This document shows, piece after piece, positions 8,972 through 18,890 of a DNA stretch of 64,000 nucleotides (its first letter is position 1; every line of letters begins with the position of its first letter). The translations under genes were made by a program, and so were the position numbers. Under the pieces are notes generated by a model. The model made no database searches. It was not told where the DNA came from and worked only from the letters and a program-made list of their open reading frames with translations. This DNA comes from Candidatus Dormiibacterota bacterium (GTDB lineage: Bacteria > Chloroflexota > Dormibacteria > Aeolococcales > Aeolococcaceae): the NCBI GenBank assembly GCA_963748505.1, contig CAVVJH010000003.1:438960-502959 (forward strand), in the 5' to 3' direction.

Positions 8972-10031
8972 TTAGCCCGGCTCCGCCGGATACCACCTTT
9001 CGGGCCGTCCAGGTTTGCGCCGCGCCCGGCCGGTGCTTTCCAGGAGGACGAGGTGGGCGAGCGTCTCCCCAACGGCGGCGCGCCGCATGAAACCGCGGAT
9101 CTGAACTCCAGTCCCGCGACCAGTGCATATGGAGGGTGATGTCCCAGCAGGTCGCGCCCGGCGATGCCGCGATGACGGCCGCTGCCTCATCGAGCCGGTT
9201 GCGGTGGTGAACGAGCAACTCGTCGACCCGTGCGTCCAGCCCTCGGAAGCGCCACTGATGGGCCGGAAGCACTTCATCAACGTCGAGATCGCGCACAGCA
9301 CGCAGCGCATCGAGAAAGTCGGCGAGCGGGTTGGTCGGCTGCTGCACGTGCACGGCCACGCTGGGGCTGATCCGCGGGAGGACGTGATCGCCGCTGAACA
9401 GCAAGCGTCCCCGCCGGTCGAGAAAGCAGACATGCCCTGGCGAGTGTCCCGGCGTGTGCAGAGTGACGAGATCCCAACCCGGGATCGCCACCGCCACGCG
9501 GTCCTCGAGCAGCACGTCGGGATCGGCGACGGCGACAAGCTCGCGAATCCCCAGCGACGCGCTGGTGAGATCGCCTCTGATTTCCTCGGGCACCCCGGCG
9601 ACGACCAGGAGATCGTCCATGTCGGCCATGAGCCGGTCCATGCCGGGTCCATATCGGCCCCCGATCAACGCCGCGTCGGCGGGGTGGAGCGCCACCCAGG
9701 CTCCGGATGCCTCGCGCAGCCGGCCCGCGAGTCCGTAGTGATCGGGGTGGATATGGGTGACCAGGATCGCCTGCACGTCGCTCGGCCTGTAGCCGGCGAC
9801 CGCCATCCCGGCCACGAGTTCGCTCCACGCCTCCTCGGTGCTCCACCCCGTGTCGATCACGGCGAGGCCGCGGTCGAGCTCGAGCAGGTAGACGAGGACG
9901 TAGCGCAGCGGGTTGTTCGGAATCGGCACGGGCACCGACCACAGGCCTGGGCGCACGCGCTCCACCTCCGGCAGCCCAACGGAATCCCAGGAGCGCCGCT
10001 GGGCGATCCCGGTGACTTCGACGCCGCCCAT
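8972..10031 (-). CDS. MBL-fold metallo-hydrolase (apparent frameshift near 9090)
   Basis: THIHPDHYG (HxHxDH), later His/Asp ligands, and HTPGHSPGH. The conserved C-terminus (...FMRRAAVGETLAHLVLLESTGRARR...) continues in a different frame that ends at 8972, so one indel is implied. It lies 11 nt downstream of the hydrolase gene stop, in an operon. Confidence 0.75.
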
Positions 10032-10041
10032 GCGTCCGGGC

Positions 10042-10857
10042 TCAGCCCCTGCCGGTCGGGTGAGCGTCGAGGTGGTCGAGCACCACGTCCGCAACATCGT
10101 CCCAGTGCTCGTCAGGGATCCAGTGGGAGCCACCCTCGAGCTCGAGCAGGTGGTAGTCGCCGGTGCAGTGCCTGGCGGTGAGCTCGGTTGCCTCGCGCGT
10201 GAACACGGGCTCCTGGTCTCCCCAGATATGCAGCACCGGGATGCTGACCGGACCGGAGGGCACGAGCTCGGTGCCCATCGCTCGATACCAGTTGAAGGCG
10301 CCGGTGGGGCCGATCGCTCGGAGTGCTGCCACGTCGCGATGCGCGTGTTCCGGGCTGAGCCCGGTGGCCGTGAACAGGGTCTCCGCGATGATCCCGCCCG
10401 CGGCCTCGAACAGCGTCTCGGCAACGTAGGGCAGGCGCACCGCGCCGATGTACGCGAGACGGACTCGCTGGTTCGCGCTGTGGAGCGCCTCGCGCAGCGC
10501 GGCGCTGTGGGGTGTGGCCACCGCGATCAGCGACGCCACGCGCTCGGGATGCGTGCCCGCGAGGGTCCAGGCCACAACGCCGCCCCAGTCGTGGCCGGCG
10601 AGGTGGAAGCGCTCGCGTCCCAACGCTGACGCGATGGCGAGCGCATCCGCGGCGAGCTCGCTCATCCGGTAGGCGTCGACCTCGGCTGGGTACGCACCGG
10701 CCGAATACCCACGCTGGCTTGGTGCGACCGCACGGTAGCCCGCCGCCGCAAGCGTGTTCAGGGCGTTGTGCCAGCAACTCCCGGTCTGCGGGAATCCGTG
10801 CAGCAGCAGGACCAGCTCGCCGCTCGCGGGACCCGCGACGAGCGCGTCGAAGCGCAT
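10042..10857 (-). CDS. Alpha/beta-fold hydrolase
   Basis: HGFPQTGSCW, nucleophile elbow GHDWGG, and a C-terminal His. Start refined to MRFDALV. Confidence 0.85.
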   Translation of the reverse strand: MRFDALVAGPASGELVLLLHGFPQTGSCWHNALNTLAAAGYRAVAPSQRGYSAGAYPAEVDAYRMSELAADALAIASALGRERFHLAGHDWGGVVAWTLAGTHPERVASLIAVATPHSAALREALHSANQRVRLAYIGAVRLPYVAETLFEAAGGIIAETLFTATGLSPEHAHRDVAALRAIGPTGAFNWYRAMGTELVPSGPVSIPVLHIWGDQEPVFTREATELTARHCTGDYHLLELEGGSHWIPDEHWDDVADVVLDHLDAHPTGRG

Positions 10858-10963
10858 GCCCCGTGCCGCTATGGTCGTGCGTCGAACCGCCACTGCGACC
10901 CAGCGTAGCAGGCACGGCGCGCATCCAATCCGCGCACCGGCCGGCATCCTGCACCATGCGGAC

Positions 10964-11758
10964 ATGACCGACGCGCTGTTCACGCCCGACAAGGCTCGAT
11001 ACATGCCCAGCGACCACACGAGAGGTCCCTGGGACCGCGCGGCGATGCATGGCGGTCCACCGGCGGCGCTGTTGGGCCGGGCCATGGAGTCGCTGCCCAC
11101 GGATATTCCGATGATGGTGGTCCGCACCACCGTGGAGATCTTCCGTCCGGTTCCACTCCGGCCGGTGGAGATCAAGGCTCGCATCGAGCGTGAAGGACGC
11201 CGCGTCCAGTTGCTGAGCGCGACGCTCACTGACGGCAACACCGAGCTCTGCCGGGCCACTGCATGGCGCATGCGCACCGCCGAGCTCGGTCTCGATGGGA
11301 CCGAGTCCGCGATGCCGTTGACACCTCCCGCGGAGTCGATGCCCCACGTCCCCGAAAGCGACGATCCCGCATTCCACCGCACCGGCGTTGAAATGCGCTA
11401 CGCGCACGGCTCCTTCGCCGAACAGGGTCCGGCCGCGGCGTGGATCCGCCTCGCGATGCCGCTCGTCGCCGGTGAGACGCCGTCCCCGTTGCAGCGCACT
11501 CTCGCCGCTGCCGACTTCGGCAACGGTGTCAGCTCAGCGTTGCCCTGGGGTCAATTTCGCTTTATCAATACCGACCTGACCGTCTACCTGCACCGCCTGC
11601 CCGACGGCGAGTGGGTGTGCCTCGACTCCGCAACCGTGGTCGAGTCGCGCGGCATCGGTCTCGCGCAAAGCCAGCTCTACGACGAACGGGGAACGGTGGG
11701 TCGCTCCCTGCAGGCCCTGTTCATCGACCGTGTCACGACCGCGCCGCCTGGTATGTGA
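10964..11758 (+). CDS. Thioesterase-like (hotdog fold, acyl-CoA thioesterase TesB-like) protein
   Basis: MTDALFTPDKARYMPSDHTRGPWDRAAMHGGPPAALLG... resembles thioesterase-superfamily/TesB-like proteins. It is divergent from the hydrolase-MBL pair. Confidence 0.6.
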   Translation: MTDALFTPDKARYMPSDHTRGPWDRAAMHGGPPAALLGRAMESLPTDIPMMVVRTTVEIFRPVPLRPVEIKARIEREGRRVQLLSATLTDGNTELCRATAWRMRTAELGLDGTESAMPLTPPAESMPHVPESDDPAFHRTGVEMRYAHGSFAEQGPAAAWIRLAMPLVAGETPSPLQRTLAAADFGNGVSSALPWGQFRFINTDLTVYLHRLPDGEWVCLDSATVVESRGIGLAQSQLYDERGTVGRSLQALFIDRVTTAPPGM

Positions 11759-11783
11759 TCCGCTGACGATCAGGTGGTTGGGA

Positions 11784-12368
11784 TCACGCGAGCCATCCCC
11801 AACTCGACGCCATCGTGGCAAGGTCCGCTTCGCCCTTCGAACGCAGGGCCGGCGCCACATCCAACTCAACGACGTACACGACCGCCTCGTGCTTGACGAG
11901 GATGTCTTCCTGGATATTCGAATCCCCCGCATCTGCGTAGCTGAACTCCGCCTCGAGCCCGCTCTCGCTGCCGACTGCGATGGCGCGTGCGTGTTGCAGC
12001 CCGACGACGTTCGTCACGCCTTTTGGAATGCCGACAAGATCGAGGGCCAATGCCGAGAGCGTGAGCGTCGACGCATTCTTGAGCCCTTCACTCTGGAGCG
12101 CTGCAATGGGGATCGTGGTCACCGAGATACCGATGGCGCCGGTCACCGGAATCCCCAATGGGCTGAGGGTGCCCTTGGAAGCAAGGGCATACCGCGTGGC
12201 GCCGTGGACCTGGGTCACCTGCTTGCTCCATCCGCTGGGATACGCGGCGATGAACGTTGAGTCGCTGAGCCGCTGTCCCTGAGATTGAGGGATGCCGGTG
12301 GCGGCCGCGGTGGAGGCTGCACACGCGGTCAAACCCAACGCAGCGCAGGCGGTCACGATCCGGAGCAT
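11784..12368 (-). CDS. Lipoprotein of unknown function
   Basis: Signal peptide with lipobox (LTAC); mature part has no recognisable domain. Confidence 0.6.
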   Translation of the reverse strand: MLRIVTACAALGLTACAASTAAATGIPQSQGQRLSDSTFIAAYPSGWSKQVTQVHGATRYALASKGTLSPLGIPVTGAIGISVTTIPIAALQSEGLKNASTLTLSALALDLVGIPKGVTNVVGLQHARAIAVGSESGLEAEFSYADAGDSNIQEDILVKHEAVVYVVELDVAPALRSKGEADLATMASSWGWLA

Positions 12369-12493
12369 CGAGTCGCACTCTAGGCAAGCAACCCCGATCG
12401 ACTGGTCACGACGCTGCGACAGATCGCCTCCGGTCGGCGTCCAGACCTCTGGAGTCGATTCGCTCGCCGGGTGGCCGTCCCGGCGCCTGTCGG

Positions 12494-13204
12494 TCAGGCC
12501 CCGAGCAGGGTCTGCACGCGTGGGTCGCCGCGGATGGGCGTCAGGTCCGGGTCCTCGAGTGCGAAGGGCACGAGGTCAGGGCTGACGCGCAGCGCTTCGC
12601 GCAACAGCGGGAGCGCCTCCTCGGCGCGTCCGTTGCGCGCGTAGAAACAGGCGAGGTTGTAGTCGGCGATCACCTGCTCTTCGGGGAAGAGTTCGACACC
12701 GATCTGATGCGCCCACAGGGCGACCGCCTCGGCGCCCTCGGGATCGTCATGCTCGCCAGCCCAGGAGGACACGTGCTGGGCGACATGTCCGTGCCCGTTG
12801 CCGGGAATGAGATGCCAGAGCGCTGAACCCTCCGGCCGCTCCCGAAGCAGGTCGTCCGCGCTGCTCGCGGCCACTGCCTCCCTCAATGCTGCGTAGCTCG
12901 TGGTCACGCCGGCACGAACGTCGGCCGCCGTGTCGTCGCGGTGCGCCTCGTAGATCACCGCGTTGCGCGCGTCCAGGTCGCGATCGTCAACCGGTCCCTC
13001 GGGCTCTTCGCCGCGGCCCACGGATTGCAGGATGTGTGCCGCGTGTTCGCGCCAGGCGTTCAGATGCGCAACGTTGTCCTTCGCCGTCCACTGCCCGGCC
13101 ACCGGCGCCGGCTGGTCATCACACAATGCGATCAGCGCCTCTTCCTGGGCGCGCGCACGATCGAGCGATTCGAGCAGGCGGTCGCGGAGCGATGCTTCGG
13201 TCAC
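12494..13204 (-). CDS. DinB-like four-helix-bundle domain protein with C-terminal TPR-like tail
   Basis: WTAKDNVAHLNAWREHAAHIL and downstream His residues fit the DinB_2/MDMPI_N-like fold. C-terminal LACFYARNGRAEEALPLLREAL is TPR-like. Its GTG start overlaps (GTGA) the stop of the upstream nuclease-helicase gene, indicating translational coupling. Confidence 0.6.
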   Translation of the reverse strand: MTEASLRDRLLESLDRARAQEEALIALCDDQPAPVAGQWTAKDNVAHLNAWREHAAHILQSVGRGEEPEGPVDDRDLDARNAVIYEAHRDDTAADVRAGVTTSYAALREAVAASSADDLLRERPEGSALWHLIPGNGHGHVAQHVSSWAGEHDDPEGAEAVALWAHQIGVELFPEEQVIADYNLACFYARNGRAEEALPLLREALRVSPDLVPFALEDPDLTPIRGDPRVQTLLGA

Positions 13205-16200
13205 GCGGGCAGCATAACGGCGCCCACCGCGACATCGCTCCACTCCGCTGCCATCTCGACGTACCGGCAGAGCGCATTGACCAGTCGCATCTGCTCCGGC
13301 GTGTGACAGCGGGCGCGGAGCAACTCCGGTGAGCACACCAGCACGGACACGCCGCGTGCGCGCGACACGGCGACGTTGAGCCGGTTGAGACTGAACAGAA
13401 ACTCGAGGTTTCGCGGCAGGTCCAGGACGCTCGAGGTCGCCATGGAAAAGATGCTGACCGCAGCTTCCTGTCCCTGGAAACGGTCGACAGTGCCGACGCG
13501 TGCGCCGGCTGGCAACGCTTCGACCAGACACGCCACCTGCGCGTTGTAGGGCGCGACCACGACGATGTCGTCGAGCGTCAGGCGGCGCTCCGCACCTGCG
13601 CCGTCTCGCCAGATGGACCCGGTGAGTTGATCGACGATCTCGCGGACCCGCGAGGCTTCCGCCTCGGAGTGCACACGGTCACCGGTATGCACGACCTGCG
13701 CCGTGCGCAGGCCGGTCAGGAGGTTGCCATCGTCGAGCACTGCCTGCGTGGCGCACGAGGGCTCCGAGCCGAGCCTGCCGCCGTAGAACGAACGCGACAC
13801 GAAGGCGCAGACGTCCGGATGCATACGCCAGGTGCGGTCCAGGAGCACGCCGCGGTCGGGCGCGATGGTCACGTCATCACCGAGCAGATGGTCGAGCGCC
13901 GAGACACCGACACCGGGCGGGTGACTTCCCTGCAGCGGCTGCGCAAGCTGGCGTGGGTCGCCGACGAGCACCAGGTGCTGTGCCGCACGTGAGACCGCGA
14001 GCACGTCGGCCAGCGACATCTGGCCCGCCTCGTCGACGATGAGCGTGTCGAAACGCTGCTCGACGCCGGGGCGCGCGAAGTGCCACGAGGTCGCGCCGAC
14101 GACGTCGACGGCAGCATCGTCGAGTGCGGTTTCGACGTCGCCATTCGTCCTCGCCATCCGAATGCCGTCGGTGCCGTCCCCCGATCCGCGCAGATGGAGC
14201 ATCCGCGGCATCCAGCCGCGTGCCGGTGCCAGCTCCTCGACTTTGGCGAGGAGTGTCCGGATCGCGTTGTGCGAGAGCGCCGTCACGCCAATCGGCCCGC
14301 GACCCTGCTGCAGCAAGGCAAGGATCGCTTCCGCAGCGGTATGCGTCTTCCCGGCGCCGGGTGGGCCCTGGATCGGCAGACAGCCCTCGTCGAGCGAGAG
14401 GATGAGCCGGATCGCCGCCGCACTCGCTGACTCGTCCGGCTCGCGGGTCGCACACCCGGCACCGTTGAGCAGTCGCGGCGGTACGCGAAGCAGCAGATCT
14501 CTCGCGGGCCGCCAGTCGCCATCAGCGGCGATGCCGTTGGCGACGATCCACCTGCCGAGGTCGAGCAACAACTCCTGCTGCGCGTTGGTCGGAATCGGCC
14601 GCGAGGGAATCAAGAACCGCACGAGGCCCGAACGCGCATTGGCAGCGGTGCGCGACAAGGTGACCTCCCCGCGGCCCGAGTCGATCTCGATCACCTCCCC
14701 GACGGCGGTTGCGCCGCCGCTCCTGGTCTTCGCTTGCGGATCGAGCGGGTTGTCACCGCTGCTGATGTGGTGCTCCTGAGGCTCGAACCGGTAGCGCTCG
14801 ATAAGACGCCCGTCCTGATCGTGGGAGCCGATCAAGGTGAGGGGTCCGAGCGCGTAGGTGTCGCGCTCGAGTTCTTCGGGAGTCATGGCGAGCTGGTCGA
14901 AGTGACGCCACCATCCAACCTTGCCTTCGCGACGGTGAAACGAGAGCAGGGGCGCGAGCAGCCCGGCCCCACGCTGCACGTCGTTGCGTTGCTCAGGGTC
15001 CTCGGGTATCGATGCGACCAGCGCGTCTGCAACCGCTTGCGTCGCGGCGATCTTCGCGTCCTGCGTTTCCGACGTCTCGTCGATCGTCACCGGACGCTCG
15101 ATCGGGGCGCCACGGAGCGCCTCCTCAGCGACACGACGTGACTCGAGCCAGTCGCGCAAGAGTTCAAGTCGAACTCGCAGTCGCGCTGGTTGTACAGAGC
15201 GATCTCGTCGAGGAGCGCACCGTCGCCGCTGCGGCCATCCTCCCGGCTGACCAGCCAGCGCTCGTACATCACCATGCTCCCCGCGGCATCGGCGATCAAC
15301 TCGACGCGCGGCGGCATGTAGAGCCGCTCCACTTTCTTGAGCGAATACGAGTCGGTGGAGAGGCGTATTCCCTGGCGGACCACGCGGTAGAGATCGACGA
15401 GGATCTCATTGCGCAGTAACCGGTCCACCTCCTCCTCGCGCGTGCCGTGACGGCTCATCAGCCGGCGCAACGCCGTCTTCTCGTAGGCGGCGTAATGGTA
15501 GATGTGCATGTCGGGAAAGCGATTGAGCTTCGCGATGGCGAAATCGACGAAATCCTCGAACGCCTGCCGTTCTCCGGCGTCGTCGTGCCCCCACCAGGCG
15601 GAGTACGTGCCGCCGGCGTCGACTGCCCCAAAGAGATACTCGAGGGGCGTATCGCGCGCAAGGCCGTCGCCCTCCATGTCGAAGAAGACATCTCCCGGCG
15701 ACGGCGCGGGCAGCGAGCACAGTCCGCGTCCCACCTCCCAGGCGTCGAGGAGTTGGTGGCGCGGCGAGCCATCGGAATACGGGCCCTCGTGCTGCAACGC
15801 CGCCTGGGCTCGTAGCTCACGAAACGTCGCCACGTCCATGTGCGCCGGCGGCTCCCGGTCGGGTGACTGCTGCGCGAGCGCGGTCATGGTCGGGATCCCG
15901 TCCGACCGGAGCGCGAGCACCTGTCCGGATCGCATGCGCGCGACCTGGGACAGATGGTCGTCCTCGCGTCGCCGCGCCACGCAGCCTGCGTTGTACCCGC
16001 AGGTGTTGCAGTGAGCGACCGGGTCTGGATAGGTTTCCCCGACCTCGGCGAGCATCGTGGACTCGAAATCGCGCTTGACGGTCGCGTGGTAGGCGGAGAA
16101 CTCATCCAGCCGATACGAATGCTCCACACCGTCGCCGAGGATGACGTGCAGCATCGCCGGTGTCAGCCCTTGCAGGCGCTCGAGATGCGCTGAGTATTCG

Positions 16201-16670
16201 CAGAGCTGCAGCAACGCCTCCGAGCGCACGCGGCGAGCCAGCTTCGCGTCGGCGGCTTCGTACGAGAACGGCCAGCGCGCACTCGGCGTCTCGACCCGGA
16301 TCAGGAAGTCTGCCCGGCCCATCCAGCGGCCGTCGAAGAAGGTGGGCTGGTAGATGACGTCGTAGCCGGCGCTCATCGCCTGGACGGTGTCGGCTTCGAG
16401 CGCGTGCAGCTCGGATGCCGAGCTCGCGAAGCGGTCCTGTTCGTCGTCGAACGCCTTGATGCGAAGGCCGCGAGCTCGGAGGGCCTCGAGATGGCCCTGT
16501 TCGTGCCCGGCGCCGAGCCGGGAGAGCACCTCGCTCAGCGCCGACTCGTCCCGCTCGATGACCTCGCCTCGTGCGGCACGCCGCTTCAGCGTCACCAGAT
16601 GGCCGCAGGCGAGGAAGTCGCAGAGGTCAGTCGCGGTGTAGACGGGCCTGCCGTCCTTGAGGAAGCGCAT
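13201..16670 (-). CDS. Cas4-like RecB-family nuclease (TM0106 family) + RNase H-like domain + SF1B (DNA2/Upf1-like) helicase fusion, about 1150 aa; one apparent frameshift near 15160-15180
   Basis: The N-terminal ORF (16670..15087) reads MRFLKDGRPVYTATDLCDFLACGHLV... with PD-(D/E)xK residues, an HCNTCGYNAGC Cys cluster and an RNase H-like DVFFDMEGD...IYHYAAYEK segment. The C-terminal ORF (15159..13201) carries helicase motifs GPPGAGKTHT, LIVDEAGQMSL and VAVSRARGVSVLV. The two ORFs overlap by 73 nt, and the conserved ...YNQRDC|RxxLELLRDWLE... junction is restored by a 1-nt insertion. Confidence 0.8.
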
Positions 16671-16919
16671 CAGCGCACCATCCTCGCGCGCCGGAGGCTG
16701 CGCTCGCGCGGCAGCGGCAGGCTGAGCTGACGGCTCGACCGCCGGTCCAGCGGCGCTCGATCGGGTGGCGGGCCGGCGATACCGGCGGGCCTGGTCGAGC
16801 GCGTGAATGCCGAACGCGAAGAGGTCCGACCTCGCTGCGAGCAGCGCCTGAGCACGCCCGAGATAGGACCCTTCCGGAGGCGGTGCGGGAGTGACCATGC
16901 GGCGACCATGCCGCGAGGC

Positions 16920-16939
16920 CGCGACAGGTGCCTGTCGCG
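16920..16939. promoter_or_regulatory. Perfect inverted repeat CGCGACAGG-TG-CCTGTCGCG in the divergent intergenic region between the nuclease-helicase operon and the GNAT-WYL operon
   Basis: 9-bp arms with a 2-bp spacer, 14 nt upstream of the GNAT ATG. Candidate operator, possibly for the adjacent WYL regulator. Confidence 0.45.
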
Positions 16940-16952
16940 ATAGGGTGCGCGG

Positions 16953-17477
16953 ATGCCCGTGGAGATCGAAATCCGCCCCGTTCGCGCCGCCGAGTACTCC
17001 GCCGCGGGTGAGGCGACGGCCCTCGCGTATCAGGAGTTCGCAGCGTCGAGATCGCCGGGTTGGCACGCCTACATCGCGAGGATCGCCGACGTCGCCGCCC
17101 GGGCTGATCGGACCACCGTGCTGGTCGCACTCGCCGACGGCGTCATCGCCGGCTCAGCGACACTCGAGCTCGACCAGCGCATGAACGCATCAGCCGAACC
17201 ACTCGCAGGCGACGAAGCGCACCTCCGGATGCTCGGCGTCCACCCGGCCCACCGCGGGCGCGGCATCGGACGGGCCCTGGTGACAGCAAGCGTCGACCTG
17301 GCGCGAGCACGCGGAAAACGCCGCCTCACCCTGGACACGTCGCCGGTGATGCTCGCCGCCCAGAACATGTACGCAGGGATGGGCTTCACCGCGTCAGGCG
17401 CACACCGCTCACCCGACGGCGTCGACCTGCTCGGTTACACACGGGACATCGTGTCAGAGCCCTCGATGAATCGCTAG
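16953..17477 (+). CDS. GNAT-family N-acetyltransferase
   Basis: Acetyl-CoA binding motif RMLGVHPAHRGRGIGRALV. It sits 9 nt upstream of the WYL regulator, so it is probably co-transcribed. Confidence 0.85.
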   Translation: MPVEIEIRPVRAAEYSAAGEATALAYQEFAASRSPGWHAYIARIADVAARADRTTVLVALADGVIAGSATLELDQRMNASAEPLAGDEAHLRMLGVHPAHRGRGIGRALVTASVDLARARGKRRLTLDTSPVMLAAQNMYAGMGFTASGAHRSPDGVDLLGYTRDIVSEPSMNR

Positions 17478-17486
17478 GCTCATCGC

Positions 17487-18484
17487 GTGCCAGGCGACTA
17501 CGAGAAGGGAGAGAAGGAATACCGCGTCATCAAGCTCTTCACGCGCCTCTGCGAGACCGCGGTCGGCTTGTCGACGCGGCAGCTGGCCGATGAGCTGGAG
17601 GTCGATCAGCGAACCATCCAGCGCTACGTCAAGACGCTGCGCGACAGCGCCGGCATCGACATCGAGTCGCGTGGCGGCAAGTGGCGCATCGGCAAGCGCA
17701 GCCTGCTCCCACCGCTGCAGCTTGATCAGTATCAGGCGACCCTGCTCCTGGTGGCGGTTCGCCTGCTGCAGCAGGTCCGCACCGAGCAGGACCCGGCCCT
17801 CATCGGCGCCCTCGCGCAGCTGTCTCGCGCGCTGAGCATCCCGATCGTCAGCGAGTACCTCCTGAGCACGCTGGCCGCAGCCGAGCGACAGCCGGCGAAC
17901 AGCGCGCGCCTGAAGGTGGAGCGCGCGGTCATCGACGGGTTCGTACACCATCGCGAGGTCGAGGTCCGCTACGTCGACGGCCAGGGCCACGAGAGCAAAC
18001 GCGACCTCCGCCCCTACTTCATCCAGCCCACTGCCGAAGGCCGCCACATCTACGTGCTCGCTCTCGACTCGGTCTCACGGGAGGTGCGGTCACTGCGTCT
18101 CGATCGCATCCGCGACGCACGCGTCCTGCCGACGACGTTCACGGTTCCCGAGAGCTTCGACATCGACGCCGCCCTCGGCGCCTCGTGGGGATCTGGCAGG
18201 GTCAGGGTGGCGATCGAATCGTCCTGCGCTTTCCCGCCGCGGTGCGTCAGTGGGTGGACGAGAGCCCGTGGCCGCCGAAGACCAAGCGCAGGGATCTGCC
18301 CGACGGCAGCCTCGAGGTCCGGCTCGAGGTGTCCGGCGAAGCCGAGATGCGTCCCTGGCTGCTCCGATGGGGTGAGAACGTCGAGGTCATCGCGCCCGAA
18401 TCGCTGCGGACCTTCATGGCCCAGACCCACGCGGCAGCGGCGGCACTGTACGCGTCGAATCACGCCGATCGGGGTAGAAAATAG
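17487..18484 (+). CDS. WYL-domain transcriptional regulator (HTH-WYL-WCX), apparent -1 frameshift in a G-run at about 18185
   Basis: N-terminal HTH (LSTRQLADELEVDQRTIQRYVKTL), a WYL region (VEVRYVDGQGHESKRDLRPYFIQPTAEGRHIYVLALDS...LRLDRI), and a WCX domain read in the next frame (IWQGQGGDRIVLRFPAAVRQWVDESPWPP...LLRWGENVEVIAPESLRTFM). The frame switch falls at tcgtGGGGatc. Confidence 0.8.
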
Positions 18485-18488
18485 CCAT

Positions 18489-18890
18489 ATGGACGAGAAG
18501 ATCAAACTCACCGACGACGAATGGCGCCAGAAGCTGACCCCGGAACAGTTCAACGTGCTCCGTAAGGCGAGCACCGAGCGCGCATTCACCGGACAGTACG
18601 TGCACGTGGACGACAAGGGCGTCTATCACTGCGCGGGCTGTGGCGCCGAGCTCTTCAACTCCGACACCAAATTCAACTCCGGCACCGGCTGGCCGAGCTT
18701 CTACGAGCCGATTTTCGCGGGTGCGGTTGAGAAGCACCGCGACTGGAGCATGGGGCTCCCGCGCACGGAGATTCGCTGCGCAACCTGCGGCGGCCACCTG
18801 GGGCATGTGTTCAACGACGGACCGCAGCCCACCGGCGAGCGCTACTGCATGAACTCCTGCGCGCTCAAGCTGGAAAAGACCCCCAGCTGA
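18489..18890 (+). CDS. msrB: Peptide-methionine (R)-S-oxide reductase
   Basis: CxxC...CxxC zinc site (CAGCGAELF...CATCGGHLGHVF) and the catalytic RYCMNS motif. Confidence 0.9.
   Translation: MDEKIKLTDDEWRQKLTPEQFNVLRKASTERAFTGQYVHVDDKGVYHCAGCGAELFNSDTKFNSGTGWPSFYEPIFAGAVEKHRDWSMGLPRTEIRCATCGGHLGHVFNDGPQPTGERYCMNSCALKLEKTPS

Noticed and set aside
9123-10181. 352-aa plus ORF
   Set aside because: Antisense to the MBL hydrolase, whose HxHxDH motif is unambiguous on the minus strand.
16930-16952. PafBC RecA-NDp-like motif (TGTCGCGA followed by TAGGGT)
   Set aside because: Spacing between the TGTC element and the TAnnnT hexamer does not match the described 8-nt gap. Reported only as part of the palindrome.
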